Assembly: GCF_018977255.1 (NCBI RefSeq)
Contig: NW_024704743.1
Coordinates: 88,228,001 to 88,292,000 of the forward strand
Direction of reading: 5' to 3'
DNA from: Callorhinchus milii
Taxonomy: Eukaryota
Length of the DNA: 64,000 nucleotides
Under the pieces are notes generated by a model that searched no databases, had not been told where the DNA came from, and was given only the letters and a program-made list of their open reading frames with translations. This document shows positions 60,510 to 64,000 of the stretch, in pieces. How positions within the stretch are numbered: the first letter of the stretch is position 1; the number at the start of each line of letters is the position of its first letter. The translations under genes were made by a program, and so were the position numbers.

Positions 60510-62179
60510 GTTTCCCAACCAGCCATGAATACTCCCTTTTGCATGGTTGCTGTAACTAAGAGGTGGTACAGTATATTTGACAGCCATATAGGATGTCTCC
60601 TATGGTCCTGGCATGCCCTATTCTCCTCATCATCAAGATACCCTCTGATTGTTGCTATACCTATCCTCCCCATGAATGTAAACCGGCATCTATCCTGCTG
60701 AAAATTTCTATAGTATTCACGACTGCAGTGTGGCTTGTAAATCTTCCCCTTTGTTAAATCATTTTTCAATGGCTCTTCTCAGCTGGTCAATGTTGATTGA
60801 ATCCTCTGAGGCAGGTTACATCTTAGTCATGTGACAGTCCTCTGCTTGCTAATTTTAACAAAAATCCAGAGGTGTGAAAGCATGTGCAATACCAGAAGAT
60901 CTCACCAAAAGACAAACCACCCAGATTTGGTGCAATGTTCAGTGTTCCTATTCCTCTGAAACTGGAACTAAAATCTTTAATGCAAAGGGACATGTTAAAA
61001 GTTTTAACACCATTCATACTCTAATAGTCAGCAATGGATCCATCTAGACTATGGAGTTGTCCAACCACAAGTAGTCACTTGTACAAATGTTTTTTTCATA
61101 TCCAACTGGCCCTTGCCACAAATCCTCTTTTGCAAATGATTGAATATAATGCAGAATGCCTCAGAACAGAATGATAAACGACATATGGAAAACGTCTGTG
61201 TTGCCAGTTAGATTCTGAGATGAAAATGTGACAAATGAATTTTGTAGCATTTTGAAACTTCATTTACACTGATAAATGGCACTTGATGGAGAACTGACAG
61301 CTGTCTTAACCTATCCTGCAAAAGACAATAGAGATGTGATCCCGAGCTCATCTTTGGGCAGTTTCATGCATGGGACAATCGGTCAGGGAAGCACTGCGGT
61401 GTAAACCTATGTCAAATTGATTCCCCTAACAATCTTCACTATTTAACACACTTGTGATGTGGTTCTGCCCAAATTAATAGAATTATGAAAAGTGTAGTGA
61501 CTGTATATTTTGTAGTGTTGTGTACAGTTGTGACCCACAAACAGCCTGGAAGTGAATGACCAATTTTATTGGGGTATTATTGTGATGGGGATTCCCGTTA
61601 TAATAATGACCTAACATAAAGATGAGTATTTTTAGCACACGGTATAAGATAGACCTCCATTGCCGAGGCAAAAGTGTTAGTCGAGATGCACAACAATGGC
61701 ACGGTGGGCTTTGAAGGGTTAAATGTTTTTGCGGACTGGAAAGTGATTGATGTTGGAAAGCCTCTATATCTAATCAGCACTCCAGCACAGCTGTATGTTG
61801 CATTCGCTGAAAGTGTCTGATTGGCAGGGCAGGGATTAAAGTTCAATACTGCACTGATTCCATCACAAAATGTAATAGCGGCTAGATTAGATTGTCTTTT
61901 CAGTCATTAAACATTGCAGAGCTCTGGAGAGTTTGCACAAAATTGAACTTGGTGCCGTGAAACATTTAAAAAAGTTATTAAAGTGATGTAGTACTAATTT
62001 GCCAGCAAAAGGGTATTGACCCCCTTTCTAATTTTAAACACGTCGAAAAAAAAGAGATTAGATTTTCAGGATGGAGTTTAATAATAACGATTCTATAAAT
62101 GATATCAATTATTAGATGCATTCAAATGATGATGGATGATATTTAATTCCTTTTGTTTTGTTACAGCATCTATTAACAT

Positions 62180-62247
62180 CCAGCACCTTGAGACATCCTC
62201 CCGACGTGAAAGGTGCTATACAAATGTAGTTTGTTGTTGTTGTTGTT
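62180..62247 (+). mobile_element. L2 3' tail
   Basis: catcctcccgacgtgaaaggtgctatacaaatgta..(TTG)n. Confidence 0.85.
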
Positions 62248-63269
62248 AGAAATGCTATCTCACTAAAAGGCCCCAAAACAAGGCAGTGTAGAGGATCATG
62301 GAAATCAAGAAGTTAATAGTGGCACAAACATATTTCAAAATGTTGGCCTTTATTCGCCAGCTAAATACTTTCTGTAACCTACCCAATTCTAGCCCCCTAC
62401 CCAACAGCTGAAACATTGACTTTTACCGAAGTTTGTCTGGGTGTTGTTCATGTTGGGATTTCACCTTTCCGATCATTTGTAGCTGCTGAAAGCTGAGGCA
62501 TGTTGTATTTTTACATTAAAGACGTTCTCATAGAATTTATTGGCTTGTGGATTACAGAACATAAATTTCAGAATTTTCTCCTCATTCTTTTCCTGAAGTA
62601 GGCAATACATGCTGAGATGGCTGATTGGTACTTCAGTGCAGACAAGTGGCTTTTCTGCATGTGTGAAGCTTTACAGTGAGGGTCACCAGACTATTCAAGT
62701 GCAAACGCCATCCGCCAAACGCAACTCAGTGTTGACCCAGCATTTACATCAGAGCACCTTCAGCAGGTGTTGCCAGACAGATAGCAGGAAAGGCACATTG
62801 TTAACTTCCCCTCTCTCAACTGAAGCACTTTTCTATAGTGAAGTGCTTTTGGAGTCCTGATTAAATGTGACTGCAACTTAAATACTAAACTGAGATGGAA
62901 TATAGTTGATATGATAAATTTAAAACAGTCTGACCTTCAACATGTGATTTTCAAGAAGGTATTGGAAACAAAAAACAACAACTTCCAAAGCATCACCAGT
63001 GCTCGGTTCACACTGCAGCAGTTCAAAGAGCAGTTTCATCTTTTCTACGGTAAGGAGGAGGGGAGTCAGGCATGGCCTATCACTCCATACAAGCTTACAC
63101 CTCTCAGGGGTTGGGTAGTGTCCTGTGTAATGGGAGTCACACATGCAAACTCACCCAGGGTGCAGCCTAGGCCTCTCGGAGTATCACATTTAAATAGAGT
63201 TCTAAGACAAAAAAAAATGAATTTTCACCTGAAAGACAATTTTGATTTAAAATTTAACAAAAGGATTAA

Positions 63270-63655
63270 ATAATTCTTCTGTTTGATATTGCGTCTTTCA
63301 TCTCGTGAGAATGTCTTAAAGTGGTTCAAAGGTGTGGGTGTATTTTGAAGGCAAACATGGCACCAATTTGCACACGGCAATGTTCTACAAACAGTTATGA
63401 CCAATTTTATCTAGGGGATTGTTGGCCAGGATACTGGGAGAAACTCTCTTCATTTCTCTTGACAAGTAGTGCCATAGGATCTTTAACACAAACCAGAACA
63501 AGGGGACAGGATCTTGGTTTAACATCTTATCTGAATAATGGTGCTCCCCAACATAACATAGTAAGATTAGATAATATGAGTTAAAAGTTCCAAACAGAAC
63601 TTGAACCTACAACCTTGTGACTCAGACGCAAGAGTGGTACCAGCTGAGACAAACC
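63270..63655 (-). mobile_element. DeuSINE-type element, near full length
   Basis: gattgttggccagg..gagaaactc..tagtgccataggatctttaac; head cttgaacctacaaccttgtgactcag. Confidence 0.8.
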
Positions 63656-64000
63656 TTTGCGTGGAATTTTGAAAACATCCTAACTTCTGATTTAACTTGG
63701 AAGTTGTTTTCCATGGCTTGTAATAGCAACAAGAAAGAATTTCCAAACTAATGTTTCCAGAATCTTGCGCAATATAGAGTTTTAAGGAAAAATAATCTTA
63801 TGGGTTCAGTGGAATTTTGAGTCTGTGGATGTGGTTAAGTAAAAAAAAATGGTTCATTGAAAGGCAGAAACATGTTAGCAGCTAGCATAACAGGTTACGT
63901 GCCACACCAAATATAAGAATGGAACTGAAATCTCTGACTAGGGCTTAATTTTGTAATTCAGTAAATTCATTTAAGATACTCACTAAAACCTTCAAAATCT

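Noticed and set aside
1..64000. Identification of a host gene
   Set aside because: No exon with a recognisable protein product was found; the locus cannot be named from sequence alone

Overview
Eukaryotic, AT-rich, transposon-dense non-coding DNA (large intron or intergenic region). The repeat content points to a cartilaginous fish, most plausibly a holocephalan such as Callorhinchus (inference from repeat types, not verified): a young tRNA-Ala-headed SINE with (TTA)n tails, older DeuSINE-type elements, L2 LINEs with (TTG)n tails, CR1 LINEs and an LF-SINE-like copy. I find no supportable intact protein-coding gene; the ORF track consists of LINE reverse-transcriptase debris and chance ORFs. 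The longest recognisable element is a 1.8 kb 5'-truncated, frameshifted L2 (11425-13195). Several non-autonomous DNA transposons (hAT-like, Tigger-like, palindromic MITEs) are present, and TE-free blocks are candidate conserved non-coding elements. The most unusual observations are: two separate DeuSINE copies sharing an internally inverted core, an R4/Dong-like retrotransposon fragment bracketed by (TAA)n inside a SINE tail, a chimeric SINE architecture with long and short forms and two tail types, and an unexplained ~165 bp local duplication. Family names rest on motif recognition from memory, and boundaries of old elements are approximate.
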